A DNA stretch of 64,000 nt from Schizochytrium sp. TIO01 (lineage: Eukaryota; Protista; Bigyra: Labyrinthulomycetes): NCBI GenBank assembly GCA_004764695.1, contig SMSO01000035.1, forward strand, positions 2,046,001 through 2,110,000. Direction: 5' to 3'. Below, piece by piece: positions 35,955 through 48,830 of this stretch. A program made the position numbers and the translations under genes. Under the pieces are notes generated by a model. It did no database searches, was not told the origin of the DNA, and worked only from the letters and a program-made list of their open reading frames with translations. Numbering within the stretch: the stretch's first letter is position 1; each line of letters starts with the position of its first letter.

Positions 35955-36305
35955 ACGGCACTCTCGGGACTTTGACAGGTCCCAAAGTACGTTGATTGAT
36001 GAAAGCCAGGGATCCGATCGGGGTGGGATCCAGAACTGCGAAGTTGACAACCTGGAGATCTTCCAGGGGTTAGTGAATCCAACTCGAAGTCGAGCCCAAG
36101 AATGGCTTGCTTCACGCAGAGGTCGTCGTCGTCATCGACTCCGGCGACCAGGTTCGAGGTCGGTGGACCCAGAGACGCCATGCAATCGGCGAAGGTGCTC
36201 GCTCGTAAAGACCTAGGACCGGGCTTGCTTGGGGCCGCTCGGAGTCCTCGTTTGCGGGTATCTTGGACCAGGTCGCAACAACCCGAAGCAGGAAACGATC
36301 CTTCA

Positions 36306-36374
36306 AAGGCTCTTCGAGCTCCAAGGCTCTTCGAGCGCCAAGGCTCTTCAAGCTCCAAGGCTCTTCAAGCTTCC
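36306..36374. repeat. 17-bp tandem repeat x4 (AAGGCTCTTCRAGCTCC)
   Basis: Direct observation. Confidence 0.9.
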
Positions 36375-37324
36375 AGGCGCAACGCGACAACCAGTGGCCC
36401 CACGGCCAACTGAAAGGCCGTTGCCGATGCGTGAAACCGCGCGGAGGGAGGTAGAGCCGACGTGCGACCAGACAGGCGATCGATCAGGCGAGAAGAGCAT
36501 TCGCTCTCGTTTGACCAACCCTGAGCAGCACGCTCATTGAGCACGCTCATTGAGCAGGCTTATTGAGTGCTGCTGCTGTGGCCTCTGCTGCTGACGAGAG
36601 AGCTTCGAATTATCGCGTCAGCACGGCTTATGACATATATTTTAGGCAGCAGCGGAGGCCATTGTTTTAAGGACAAGAGTTGGGACAAAGCTTTGTGCGG
36701 ACAAAGCTCCTCTGGATATGGATATGAGCGCGTGCCGGTACGAGCGGGGACTAGGACCTAGCTAGGCAGGCAGGTAGCAGTAGGCGGCAGGAACCTGAGA
36801 GCGAGCTCATGAGCGATTGCTTTGGCGTGAAGCTGCAAGACGGTGAGGAGGAGGACTTAGTCGGCTCTGGCCGGAGAGGGTGGTCACGAGGAGCGGGTCT
36901 GACCTCTCTTGAGATCGATCAAGTCGAGCAGGCGAAAAGACACGCGATGCAGCATTGGCGCACGGCCGAAGGCGGCAACGACTACCTGGATACTGCGAAC
37001 AACGGACCGCTCGCGGGAAGGTCTGGGCAAACCCGCGAACGACGTGGAGCGGTCCAAGATGTTGCAAGATGTTGGACCACTACGCAGGCACGGAGGTGTG
37101 CGGTGACTAGGACCTCTAGAGGCAGAACAGGGCGTCGGATCCAAGAGTTGAGACGATGAAAACAAACAAGAAGTCACATCCAAGGGAGCTGGTCAACAGG
37201 AATGCATTTAGAATACACATGAGTATATATATATATATATATATACATATCTTTGCACGATGTAATTGGGTATGAGGACATCAAGGAGGATACGAGATCA
37301 AGGCATTAGCAAGCAGTGTAGAGG

Positions 37325-37596
37325 AAAAGACGACCTGGAGCTGCCTTGCCAGTTGCACAAGTCGGAGACCTTGGCTTGCTTTCTCGCGGCATGAAACTGC
37401 CTTTGGTATGAAGGAGCTGGGTTGTTCCAAAGCTGGGCTGCATCCATGAAGGTCGAACAAAAGAGCCTAAAGCTGCCTCACCGGTCGGGCAAATCGGAGA
37501 CCTTAGCTTGCTTGCTCGCGCCATGAGACTGTATTCAATGTGGAGGAGATATATTGTTTCAAAGATGGTCTACATCCAGGAAGATTGAACGAAAGA
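37325..37596. repeat. Diverged tandem duplication with a 132-bp period
   Basis: AGCTGCC...TCGGAGACCTT(G/A)GCTTGCTT...CTCGCG.CATGA.ACTG...TTGTT.CAAAG.TGG...CATCCA.GAAG occurs from 37339 and again from 37471. Confidence 0.8.
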
Positions 37597-37922
37597 TCAT
37601 CAGGTCGAGACACCTTATTTCTAAGAGTTGTGGGTGCTCACAATGCTATAAACGTGTCGGAGAGTTGGATTTGAACTAAGGTAAAGCACAACATAGAAGT
37701 TTATCTGCTTTGCCAGTGGTTGAACCAAAAATTAAAAGTGACAATTCAGATACACTACAGGGATCTGGTTTAAACCGCGTCCTCTCTTGCGATCCAAGTT
37801 TTAACTGGCACACCAAGCCAGCGGAGATCAAGATGCTGGACTAGTACCCCATATAGATATATTACAGTCTTCGTGTTCAAAGTATTTATCTCTACAAAGG
37901 TCAAAAAGCAATCATCATTCCT

Positions 37923-38257
37923 TAAGCTGCAGAAAGTCGAGACTTTGTACTGAAGCATACAAAACACCAAAGAGAGGAGTCCAGGTGTTCAGAGTTGTTT
38001 GTTTCAAATATATGAATAGAGATCTGAATCATTCAGCACGTCGTCAGGCAGACTTTCAACTATTAGTTCTGACTCCGACGGTTAGCTATATAAGCTGCAG
38101 AAAGTCGAGATTTTGTACTGAAGCATACAAAACACCAAAGAGAGGAGCCCAGGTGTTCAGAGTTGTTTGTTTTCAATATATGAATAGAGATCTGAATCAT
38201 TGAGCACTCGCCAAGCAGACCTTCAACTATCAGTTCTGACTCCGGCGGTTAGCTATA
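37923..38257. repeat. Near-identical tandem duplication of about 168 bp
   Basis: TAAGCTGCAGAAAGTCGAGA...GGTTAGCTATA at 37923-38090 and 38091-38257, with scattered substitutions. Confidence 0.93.
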
Positions 38258-41200
38258 CTTTAACATATTCGTCTGAAAGTGTATATGATACCAGCCTCAA
38301 AAAAACAAAACGAGAACACATTTCGCAATCGCTTTGGCGCTTCAGACCTTTGCAAAACTGCTAAGAATTCTTCCTGAGTATTTCTTGCTCTTGTATTTGC
38401 AATTGATGGTTGACAATAGTGTACGATGAGATAGCGTGGATAGACCTGAATTCGAAATAGTCGGTCATTCCGTAAAAAAAAATCTTGATTCGAGCTCTTG
38501 GATCCTGGAAGGGTGGACTTCTATAAATGATCGAAAACACTTTCTTATTTTGCAATGTAGGACATTCATTCCTTTTTAAGATCCTCTGGTGAACACAAAA
38601 TTAAGTACATGATTCTGTGTTAAACAGACGTATAAAAGGACATCTTCGAGCATTTCAAGGTGAAACGCGCTTCAGTTTTGCGACCTCCCTCTTTAGAAAA
38701 TACATCTTGCTGTGAAAAGCCAAGACACACAGAGGAAAAGTTTATTGATGTTACGGTTCTCATATGGAAAGTTACCCGATTAACAAACCAGCTTGTAGAT
38801 CGATAATTGGTGCTCATCGCCGATCGCTGCTCAGCCAGAGAGTGACCAGGAGGGTGAAAGCAAGGAGCTTTAAATGCATGATCAGACTTAAGAAGGGATT
38901 ATACACTTAGGCCATACAATTAGCGACCTCTTCATGTTCTAGAGAAAAGACTAAGGGAGACTTGCATCTGCATTGCACATAGCGAAGGGGATCAGGTTAT
39001 TATAATTTCTCCACCTCTAATTCAGGTTTGCCCTTGCGTGTTCTCTTGACTATGTAGTGCACTTTCACCCTGAGGTTCACTTTGACTCGCACCTTCCTAT
39101 ATGATAGTCAAGTTCTTGTAATTCCCAAGACTGTAAAACCTATGATAGTATAACACGGACCTTGATAATAAATCGTCCATATTGCCCACCGATTGGTAAT
39201 CCCAGTAATCAGATACGAGTGTTCTTGCGCATGTTGAAAATGTTTGCTTGAGGCTGTAAGAAAAAATGAAGTCTGTTTTTGTTCAATATAAGGTGCGCCG
39301 CTGAAAACTTCATTGAAGGAGAGACGAGCAGTGAATACACATAAAGAAAGAGTCCCGAGTCTAAGAGATATCGAGATGCTGCTGAGTCTCTGTACTCTGT
39401 ACGTTGGAAAATGTGGTCTTACCAAACCTACCTTGCTTTTATGGGGAATTACCTATATAGAACAGAAACTCGGGAGATAACGTCATTAGCTAGTTCTACT
39501 CGAAAACTTTGAAAATATGCATAAGCGCGCAGAATGCGCAAGCTAGAATACAGAGCCTTAGCTCCACAACGCTTTGGCCGCTCTAACATCTGTCATATCC
39601 AACTAGAGGATCTGGGCCAATTCTGAACTCATCCACAAGTTTACTACGATATCTTCAGACAATTCGAATAGCAATCCCATTTTACATGCACCAGCATCGC
39701 TGCTGTCCTTACTTGCTCAGAAAACATCAGAGGCCCACTCAAATTCTTCATTTACTCATGGCAACTTATCATCAGGTACTCCTGCGAAGTGTCAAAAACA
39801 CACACACACCCATCACTTCTCTTCTTTTCTTAATTACAATTAGAAACTAACATCTAAGAAATCACCAGTCTTCAGCTTGCGACTGGCAACCCATCTTAAA
39901 AGGGAGCTGCCTGCAGCAAGTATCGAGAAGCCCTGCCAGCCTATACTCAGGGTCGCGCTATGTCCACATCGGCGCGAGCCTGAAGAAGTACTACATCTCC
40001 ACTAAAAGAGTTAGGCTGGGTACAAATCTCTTTAAGGTCTCGCTGTTAGAGTATTTGGTAGTGTCCCTGCTACGATGCAGTGCTGCTTGTAACCAAAGGG
40101 CGAATTAGAAGGGAGACGGAGAATGTCTTAGAGGGAAGAAGAACAGAAATGGGAACAAGAGAAGTAAAGGCATCAAGAAATTCAACATCCATCCCGAGAA
40201 GGCCAAGAAGGCCAAGAAGTGGATGGCGGAGGAGCAGATTGATTACACGCGGGGAGCTGGGAGCGAGAATGGCGAGCACTGAGGACAGCGTCCAAGATTC
40301 GACGATAAAGGATTAGGGTGCTGGAGAGCGGCAGGCAGGTTGTGGAGCGATGGCGATTGCTTGCTTCAGCTAAGACAAGGCGGAAAGCAAAACGCACGAG
40401 AGGCTGGCTTCAACTGCTGTCGCTGGCTAGCTAGTGGTGGAGGTCGATCATGCGGGCGAACTCGCCGCCAACGCTTAGTTCGGGCATATCCACTGCTAAA
40501 AGCCGCGGCGGCTTGGAGGCCTCGGGTTCGACGGAAGAGCCCGCGAACAGGGCTGAGCAAGCTTGGAGAATCAATCGCTAAGGCGTCATCGAAATTATGA
40601 AAACTTCTTCCTACAGAGGTGATGGTTTGTATCGCGATCATTGGATCAAGGGTGGACGCCAAGGCCAAAAAGAGTCCCAATTCTTTCATGAGATAACCAC
40701 TCGTTGCATGCGAAATCTACAACCTAAGATCGAGATATGGTGAGAACACACCGACTTGAATGCCACAAGGTGTGCCCTGTAACGATGCCATGGATTGCTG
40801 CAGTCGAGCGAGGCTACGGCTTCTGCGGTGATTCACCATGAGCGATGCAGATTTGGCACCGCGTTTGGGACCCTTTGCGTAGATTTCGGCATGCATGATG
40901 AGGGCTGCGATTCTGCAATTCCTTGTCAAGCCTCGCGATCAATTACTCGCTTGCATGCTCACTACTCACGAGGCTAACCTTGGCCACCCACCAACTTTGC
41001 AGGTTCTCGGAATTGGCCTCGTGCGCCAATGGTCTTTTTGTTGTCTTCTGGCAGGCACGGAGGCGTCAAAAGTATGGCTACTCGTGTTTTCTGGGGGTGT
41101 GTAGCGACGAGCTCGTAGCGACGAGCTCTGTCTAAGGTGTTTATGTGGTGAGTATTAAAGCGCAATCCAAGAAGTTTCAACCAATCCATATCTTGAAACG

Positions 41201-44105
41201 CCCCAAAATTGCGAAGTGGAGCCGCCAATTCTTCTAGGTCCACCAACAATCGAAGAGCTGATACAGCAAGGCCCATACCCAATTGTTAAGCAGGTAGTCG
41301 TGCCCTCCACGCACTCGTTCAAGTCCAATTGCCACCGAGCAAGGATCGCTCAAGTCCAGCTGTGAGGCGATGATCCCAGAGTCAGCTAATCATCCCAGCC
41401 AACCCCTCAGGGCAGGCTTCGTCCAAGATGAGCTCTGAGCCCACAATTTCAGACCTAGTTCCGGCCGCCAACTTGAAGGAATTTAGCGACCTGAAGGAGC
41501 GCAGAGTCTCCAAGTTCACAGAAAGATGATGTCGATAAGTTTGCTCATTGATGATTGTCACAAAGTGCAGAAAGAGCAGGGACTTGCTCTGCTGCTGTTG
41601 CCTCTGCTGCAGCTTACCTTTCTTTCGTCTGCCGGCACGAGTGTGAGTGAGGATCCTCGATATTCATGTCGAAACTGCACTGCAGTAGGCAGGGGTGTGC
41701 GCAAGTAGTTGGGCATGGGCAAACCAACCAAGAACGACGAGAGGAACTTGGAAAAGAACTCGGAAGCCTGCGTACCTTTTAGGAGTTGTTTCTTTCTCTT
41801 CCCGTTCGCAAAGGAAGTTCATTTAGAAGGTAATCGTGGCCATCGCAGCGAGCCTTCCGCTCACACAGTTGGTTGCCTTGCCGCCTCGGGAGAAAGCTGG
41901 CACGACTTATTTTGGCGCATCGCCGGCGGTCTTGATATGCATGTTGAAGCAGGGTGTGCTTCACGCAGAAGGAGTTGCTGTAGATCGTGTGCATGAGGTT
42001 GAAGATGCTGTTGATGGCTACGATCGCGTGCCAAAATTGCAATTTCCTTTCACTTTCTTAACCATTCCATCGTTTATTTATTTTTTAATTAAAAACATAA
42101 AACATAAAAACATTACATTTTTCGAGCGAATAAAGGATGGAATTGAGGAGCACCTTAAAGGTTTCCAAAGCCATTTATTATACACATATAAACTATGCAG
42201 CATTTTGGTGGAGCTAGCTAGTTGTCCATCGCAACCAACTCTTCCTCCTGAGACGAATGCGCATCAAAAGTAAAGAGCTAACAAAGAAATGGAAGGCCGT
42301 TTCCAAGCTGAAGATGAACGTGGACCAAGGCCACAAAGACTTTTGCGAAGAAACGTGAAAAAAAATTAAAAAAAGTTTCATTGATAATTTGCCATCATAT
42401 AATACATGGAAAGCAATAATAATACATTTGTTCGTTTGCGAGCTCGAGCATTGCAAATGTAAACATTTATGATCTCGAGACTTTCGAGATGGACTTATTA
42501 GTGAAGGGACGACGATGGTTTCTGAGAGCGAAATAGCAAGAGACGCAGGTACTTCTGCTTTTGCAAGGTACATCTCTATCCTTGACGTGCAGAAAGGCCA
42601 CAAAGTTTAGTTTCATTAAAATATAACAGGCTTGAATGCGATGCAATAATTGTGCCTCCATATAACTAACGCATCTTGAAAATACTGTGCTTGCCCAAGA
42701 ACGAAATGCACCTGAGTCTGCATATAAGTTCGATCCAGAAACGAGCTTTGAAATGACTCTTCTGACGGCAAAGAGATTATCCAATAACGCCGAAAGGGCT
42801 CGGACTGGCGAGTTTTTGATTGCGGTTCCCGCCTTTATTAACTTAGCAGAGAATTATAAGAAAATTACATCCTCTCATGATTTCGTTTATTTTTAGTTTT
42901 TCCATTATGCTGATTAATCAATGATAAGAGGCTTTTGTTACATTACACCAAAAGAAGGAAACATACAACTTCCATGCATTAGAAACCTTAGTCACACGTA
43001 AAGACTTCTTAAGAGTAGGGAATTAGAACGCCACAAAGATCCATGAATTGTAAGTTGATACAAGTTAGTCTCCAGGAACTGGAGAATATCATGAAGTTTG
43101 AGTCCCACTTGTAGAAGTTGGAGCTTTCTGGAGGCACAGATTCCTTCACGTCCCTTCCGAGTGTCCTTCTAGAGGGTATTTAACTAACACCATATACAAC
43201 AAACGGTAAGAGTCCCCGCAACGCAAACACACAAGAACGAAAGAAGTCCGAGCGATAAAATTTGCAATTTATTTATTTATTCCACTTTACTTCTTCTTGG
43301 ACTCTGGACCTACTGTAAAGTCAACAATATATCCACGATCGCGATAAAAACACAAGCGAACGGTAGGTGAAGACGCTTCGCTGCCACCCTCTAAGTCTCG
43401 TTGGCGCACCTCCACCCCATGCATTGCTTTGCTCGTTCCTGTGGCCTGTGCTGCTCCAAGATTTAATACTTTTAGTAAAATTAAAATCGATATTGAAAAA
43501 AAAGAAAAAGAATTGAATGGACGCATGAAATGAAATGAATGAATTCTGATCATCATTCAGTTCAACGAATGAACGAGCAGCCTTGAAAAAGCCAAACAAA
43601 CTTGGAACCTACCTGACCAATGATGTCAAGTCGTGCAGGCTTTCATGGTTCGTAATCATCGGCAATGGGGCGCGGACTGATGCAAACGAAGTTGTAGACC
43701 TGCACAAAAGCTAATCAATAATCGATGGCATTATTTCACTGCTAACTCATTACAGTTATTATTTATTTATTGTTTTCTTTTGCCTTTATTTTAATCAAAT
43801 GAATTGAAATAATAATACAATAAAATGTCTATTTGTTTAGTTATAGCAATGATAGTGAACCTATCTATATATTAGGTAGGGTATATTAGAAGCATCTGTT
43901 AATGAATTCCTTTAAAAAAATTCGCTGATAATACTAATGATGTTAATCTTAATCACTCATTCATCCGAAAAGAAATGAAAAGGACTAAAAGCTTGAAAAC
44001 CACTCCCGAGACTGCGACAAAACCTCTTCAACTTCTGCGCGATCGCGCTCTTCTTGCCGCTGGCGAAGCGCACATACCAGGGGGAAACAACAAGGACCTG
44101 CAAGC

Positions 44106-46297
44106 ATGTCACGCTTCGCATGGCTCTCCGCCGCATTGGCAGTGTCCGCGCTTGCCGCAGAGACCCAGGCGCGCGCAACTCGTAAGTCCGCAAGATGATC
44201 ATCATCAACAACTTTTATGAGTAGTTGAGACAACGACAAGAGGATGGCAACCCACTCTCGCGGGACCCTTCTGATCGGACAACGCAATGGGCAGAAGATA
44301 ACTCAAGAGGGAAGTGGAGATTCTACTTTTTAAGGACTGTGCAAAAGAATTGTGGCGAGCCTTATCCTTGCCACGAGAGAAAGGAATAGATTTTATGAGG
44401 GACGCGAGTTAGGAATTTATATTTCGCTCGCAGCTTTTCCCCTTTGGTGCCTTCAAACTACTCTGCAATGGTGGCGCTTAAATATGAATAGAAGCGTGCA
44501 AGTAAATCTGCAATGGGACACGAAGGGGGTAGGGGTTGTTGCTTTTTTTTCTTTTATCTTTTATCTGACAGAAACTGACGAGATGGTTTTCATTGATGAT
44601 ATGGTGAAATGGTATGCATTTTTACACCCCCAATGGATGACTTCTTTTTAATGTATTGTTACACAGAAATCCAACTTCAGAGCAGCGTTCTGGGGTCCAG
44701 CAGCCTTGATGGAATCATCGAGGAAGACATTGGCAAGGTTGCGTACCACAAGATCTCAGATATCAGTGGCGAAGTTGTTTACGTGGAACAGATGTCTAAC
44801 TGTAGCATTGACACCAGTTCATTGTCGCTCCCTGGCAAGGTTGCCCTTCTTAACGTTGATTCTGATTGCGAGTCTACCATCGCAGCCAGGGCCCGAGAGT
44901 TGGTGACAGGTGGAGTTGTCGCCATCATTACACAGGCAAGCGAATGCCTTTGCGCCAACCGTGACGTTACTGTAAATGCTAACGCATACTGGTGCGGAAG
45001 CTCCAGCTGTCTTCAGTACCTTACCCCGCGTGGTGACCCGGAGGCAGATACCCTTAGTGCCCCTCTTGTTACAATGTCTCTCGAGGACTTCGGCACAATC
45101 ACAGATTGCCTTGGTGACACTGACTACCTTGTTGATACAACAAACTCAGATTCGTGTGCTGCTAGCGCCCCCACTCTTGCGTTGACCTGGACATTCAACC
45201 AATCAACCGCTAGTGACCTTGTTTTTGAGCTTGTTACCTCGATCGGCTCGGATATCGATGTAAACCCTCTTCTCGGGCTTAACTTTCTCGATGGAATCTA
45301 CTCAAACATCAGTGCTTCGGTTGGCACCTGGGTGGTTCGCCCCCCTATCCTTGACGGCTCTAACCTCGAAACATCATGCTCAAACCCGTACACCTGTGGC
45401 AGCTCAACCAGCTCGGTCAACTGCCAGTCCCCCTCCACAACTGCACAAAACACTACTTGCCAAGCACTTTGCACCAATGGTGGACGTTACTGCTTGCCGT
45501 CAGTGGACTTTACAAGCTACGAGATTGAGGGAAGCGCATTGGTTGAAGAATCCCTCCGTCAAATTTGCATCATGCAACAGGGTGCGAGCGATTCAAGCCT
45601 TTACCCTGGTATCTTCCAGTACCTTCGCGATATCGAGCTCAACTGTCTCTCAAGTGCAGAGTCTCTTTCTCTTAGCTGCTCCCAGACTTACCAAAACTCT
45701 AACGGAATCAACACCACTGCCACAAGCTCTTGTGTTAGCTCCAGTGGTGGTACTAGCTCTGGCGTCAACACCCTGCTGGCGGCTGTGATGGCCACCCCCG
45801 AGGAGTATATTGACTCCTTGAGTATCATCAAGGCCCCGTCATACCGTATCAACAACGTCACCATCCCCTTTGGTAACAACTGGGGCAACATTCTCAGTGC
45901 CCTCTGCGCTTCTTTATCTGACTCCAGCCCGGCCATCTGTGACTGCATCTATGACAGCGATGAGGACGCTCTTTACTCCGATGATGAAATTCTCAGCCAA
46001 TGCTTTGGTATCGCTACCAGTGGCAACCAGATCACGTCTGGCGATGCAAAGGGGCGCAACATTGGCCTCATTGTCGGTCTCACGGTCGGTCTTGTGGTGC
46101 TCTTTGTTGTTGCTGGTGTCGTTGCTTACTGCCGCTTCTGCCGCCGCAACGAAACCATGACTCGTGAGCAAGAGCTTCAAGATATGTCGATTGGAGGAGG
46201 AGCTACTGGAGCTACACGCTCTTTTGCGTCTCGCTGCTTTGGCAAGTCTGGGCCAAACTCCAAGTACCCGGAAAAGCAAGCTGTTTCCCACGTTTAA
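44106..46297 (+). CDS. Vacuolar-sorting-receptor-like type I membrane protein (PA domain + VSR-type thioredoxin-like region); 2 exons, 44106-44181 and 44667-46297
   Basis: Exon 1 encodes the signal peptide MSRFAWLSAALAVSALAAETQA and ends C|GTAAGT. The acceptor TTACACAG| at 44666 is phase-compatible. PA-like GKVALLN..C...ARARELVTGGVVAII; VSR-like CTNGGRYC...LVEESLRQICI...PSYRINN...ILSALCASL...PAIC; a single C-terminal TM helix. Confidence 0.8.
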
Positions 46298-47716
46298 AAC
46301 TGCCCTTTTGTCCTCAAAATTTGCCCTGGGTAGTTTTCTACTCGAAGGGTCACTGTCTTGCTGACAAAACGCCATTGACCATTGCAGGACCTTACACGCT
46401 GCTGTGGCAAAAGCACTTCCTTCCTTCATCACCTTTCTTCAATGAAAGTTGCAAGCACCTGCTACCATTGCTTTCATGACTCTCGTTTCTGAATTGAAGA
46501 AAGTGCATCGATTCCGCGGAAACCCCTCCGTCTTTGTCCTCCACTCTTTCGTCATTATCATTTATCATGCTCGTCAAAATTATGTGTTGTAGCCCATTTT
46601 TTGCCCTAAAACAGAAATTTTCGAGTCTTTGTGTTTCGATTGTACAGCATTTCTCATTGTTCTCTTCTGGCTAGCTTTTTCATATACTGAAGCCAAGACT
46701 GGCAGCGACAGTATAAGACAAGATGCCGAGTATCAAAAAGCCAAGGAGGAACTAGTTGACAGGCCGTTGCTTTGATAAACATATTACTGACCGGAGCTTT
46801 ATATATAGAACAAATCAAAAACAGAAGCATGATCACAGTTATAGGATATAAAAAAGCATAGAAAATTATTTAAAAAAATCAGAATTCTTGTCTCCTTTTA
46901 TGCTTCGTGTAGTTCCTGCATAGATCGGTTCTTCCGAGCCACCATCGTCAAACAATCACTCGTCAACGGCAATCGATTGTAGTAGCACACACGGTTGTCT
47001 TTTACATGTCTTTCCTTCCCCCCCTTACCATTCCCAGCGATCCATCACTGGAGAGTCTGGTCTACGCAGCACCGGCAGATTATGAATTATCCATGGCCAT
47101 GTGAATTACATTATCTCGTGCATGCAAACCCAGACAACTCGAGCCCAGGCTCCGACGTCAACAACACCTGCAAGAACAACGAAGACGTTGTGTTCTTGCT
47201 CCTGACCTAAACATTTTCATTGGAGGAAGTAAGTTGCATAATCTCGATCATCTACCATGTCTGACGACACAGAAGTCGAAGTGACGATTCTTCACAAGGA
47301 AGGACTGAGTGATACCGAGGCATCTCTGGCACGCCAGCTTAAAACATACCCATGTGGGCGTCGCAAAGAACTTTGATAGACCCGAACTTCTTCCACCGAG
47401 GCAGATTTGCGGGAACGATGACTTTTTGATCCTGGCGATTGAACTTCCTTGTTTCTGTAAATGAAGAGAGCACTCACTGCAAAGATTGCACTCTTGTTAG
47501 TTAGTTATAGGTAGGCAGTCCTATGCGACTTTAAGTGTAGAAGCAGTTCATGAAGATTGTTGTGGCAAACCAAAACCAAAACCAAAACTTGAGGGAAACC
47601 GAAGCCAGAACTAAAACCTGTGGCGAAGCAAGCAAGACTACCAACGAAAGAGAGGACAGAGTCAAAGCGGTAAAGGCTGAAGGCTATCTTGGGTGAGGGA
47701 GAGACAAGTAGATACG

Positions 47717-48196
47717 ATGACCTCAGAAGAAGAACCACTGAAGTATCCTTTGCCACCGTTCACAGAGGAGACGGCACGGCAAAAGGTACAAGCTGCTGAA
47801 GACGCGTGGAATACTAAAGATCCCGTCAAGGTGTCCATGGCATATTCGCCAGACACAGAGTGGAGAAACCGTGATAAGTTTGTACGCGGCCGGGATGAAG
47901 TACGTGAATTCTTGAAAGACAAATGGGAGAACGAGGTGGACTATCGCTTGAAGAAGCACCTCTTCGCCTTTGTTGACAATAAAATTGCAGTGACATTTCA
48001 GTATGAATACCGCTCAAAGGAAGATGGCCAGTGGTATCGCAGCTACGGCAATGAGCACTGGACCTTTGATGAACGTGGATACATGAAGACTCGCAACGCC
48101 TCCATCAATGATGTCAAGATTAGCGCTGAGGAACGAGTTCTCGCTACTGACGAGGAGCACGATCTGGAGGCATTCTCCACAGGTGTAAAACGATAA
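47717..48196 (+). CDS. DUF1348 family protein (SnoaL/NTF2-like fold)
   Basis: [38 protein letters not shown]...[27 protein letters not shown]...[25 protein letters not shown] matches the DUF1348 consensus throughout. Confidence 0.9.
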   Translation: MTSEEEPLKYPLPPFTEETARQKVQAAEDAWNTKDPVKVSMAYSPDTEWRNRDKFVRGRDEVREFLKDKWENEVDYRLKKHLFAFVDNKIAVTFQYEYRSKEDGQWYRSYGNEHWTFDERGYMKTRNASINDVKISAEERVLATDEEHDLEAFSTGVKR

Positions 48197-48830
48197 GCAC
48201 GATGGATTGATTCTCAAGTTTACCCTTGCTCCATCACGAGGCTGGATATATAATACCTACGCTATACTTCCTTTCCTGAAAAGCCTTAAGTCGTGTACCT
48301 CTGGTGCTTTTGCCAAAAATCAGTCATTGAAGAAGGCATCAATGCATTTATCGAGGAGTAAATTTATCTTTTATAAAGTCCTCGATATAGATACGACGCC
48401 ACTAAACTACCCTAGCTGTCACTGTGAAAAAGTAAATTGATCTTGGCAGATTTTGACAATGGTTTCTAATGGATTGCATTTCGTTCATCTACTATTCCTT
48501 GTAACCTACAGGGCCTTGTTGAAATTGCAATTTTAAAATTAAAATATAGAAGGAATCTGTGATATTCCCTCATGATCAAATCGTTATTTGGGTAGAAATC
48601 TCAGCACTCTACTCACCCGGAGGACAACCTTTACCTTTGTGTGGTCCAGAAGCAAGAGTGAGATGCCTCAGGCCTATCAAATCATACTACCAAGGTATAC
48701 TTCGACATCGGTAAAACAAACGAACTAAAACTTCTTAGTCTTTTTTTTTTTTTTAATTTTTTGTTTTAATCCACAAAATTGGGTCGTCACATAATATCAA
48801 AATCTCGGACCACCTCGCGGAGTGAGCGGG

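Noticed and set aside
35507-36358. 283-aa ORF with (QAKPS)n
   Set aside because: GC-rich stop-poor sequence plus the (CTTGG)n microsatellite; no ATG start and no domain.
38620-39990. LGLPIG and SLRLAT words suggesting LINE RT/endonuclease
   Set aside because: Isolated words on opposite strands with no supporting motifs in order.
42220-42896. Protein-like plus-strand fragments (KELTKKWKAVSKLK..., LENTVLAQERNAPES...)
   Set aside because: Could be a decayed gene, but there is no recognisable motif or consistent splice model to support a call.
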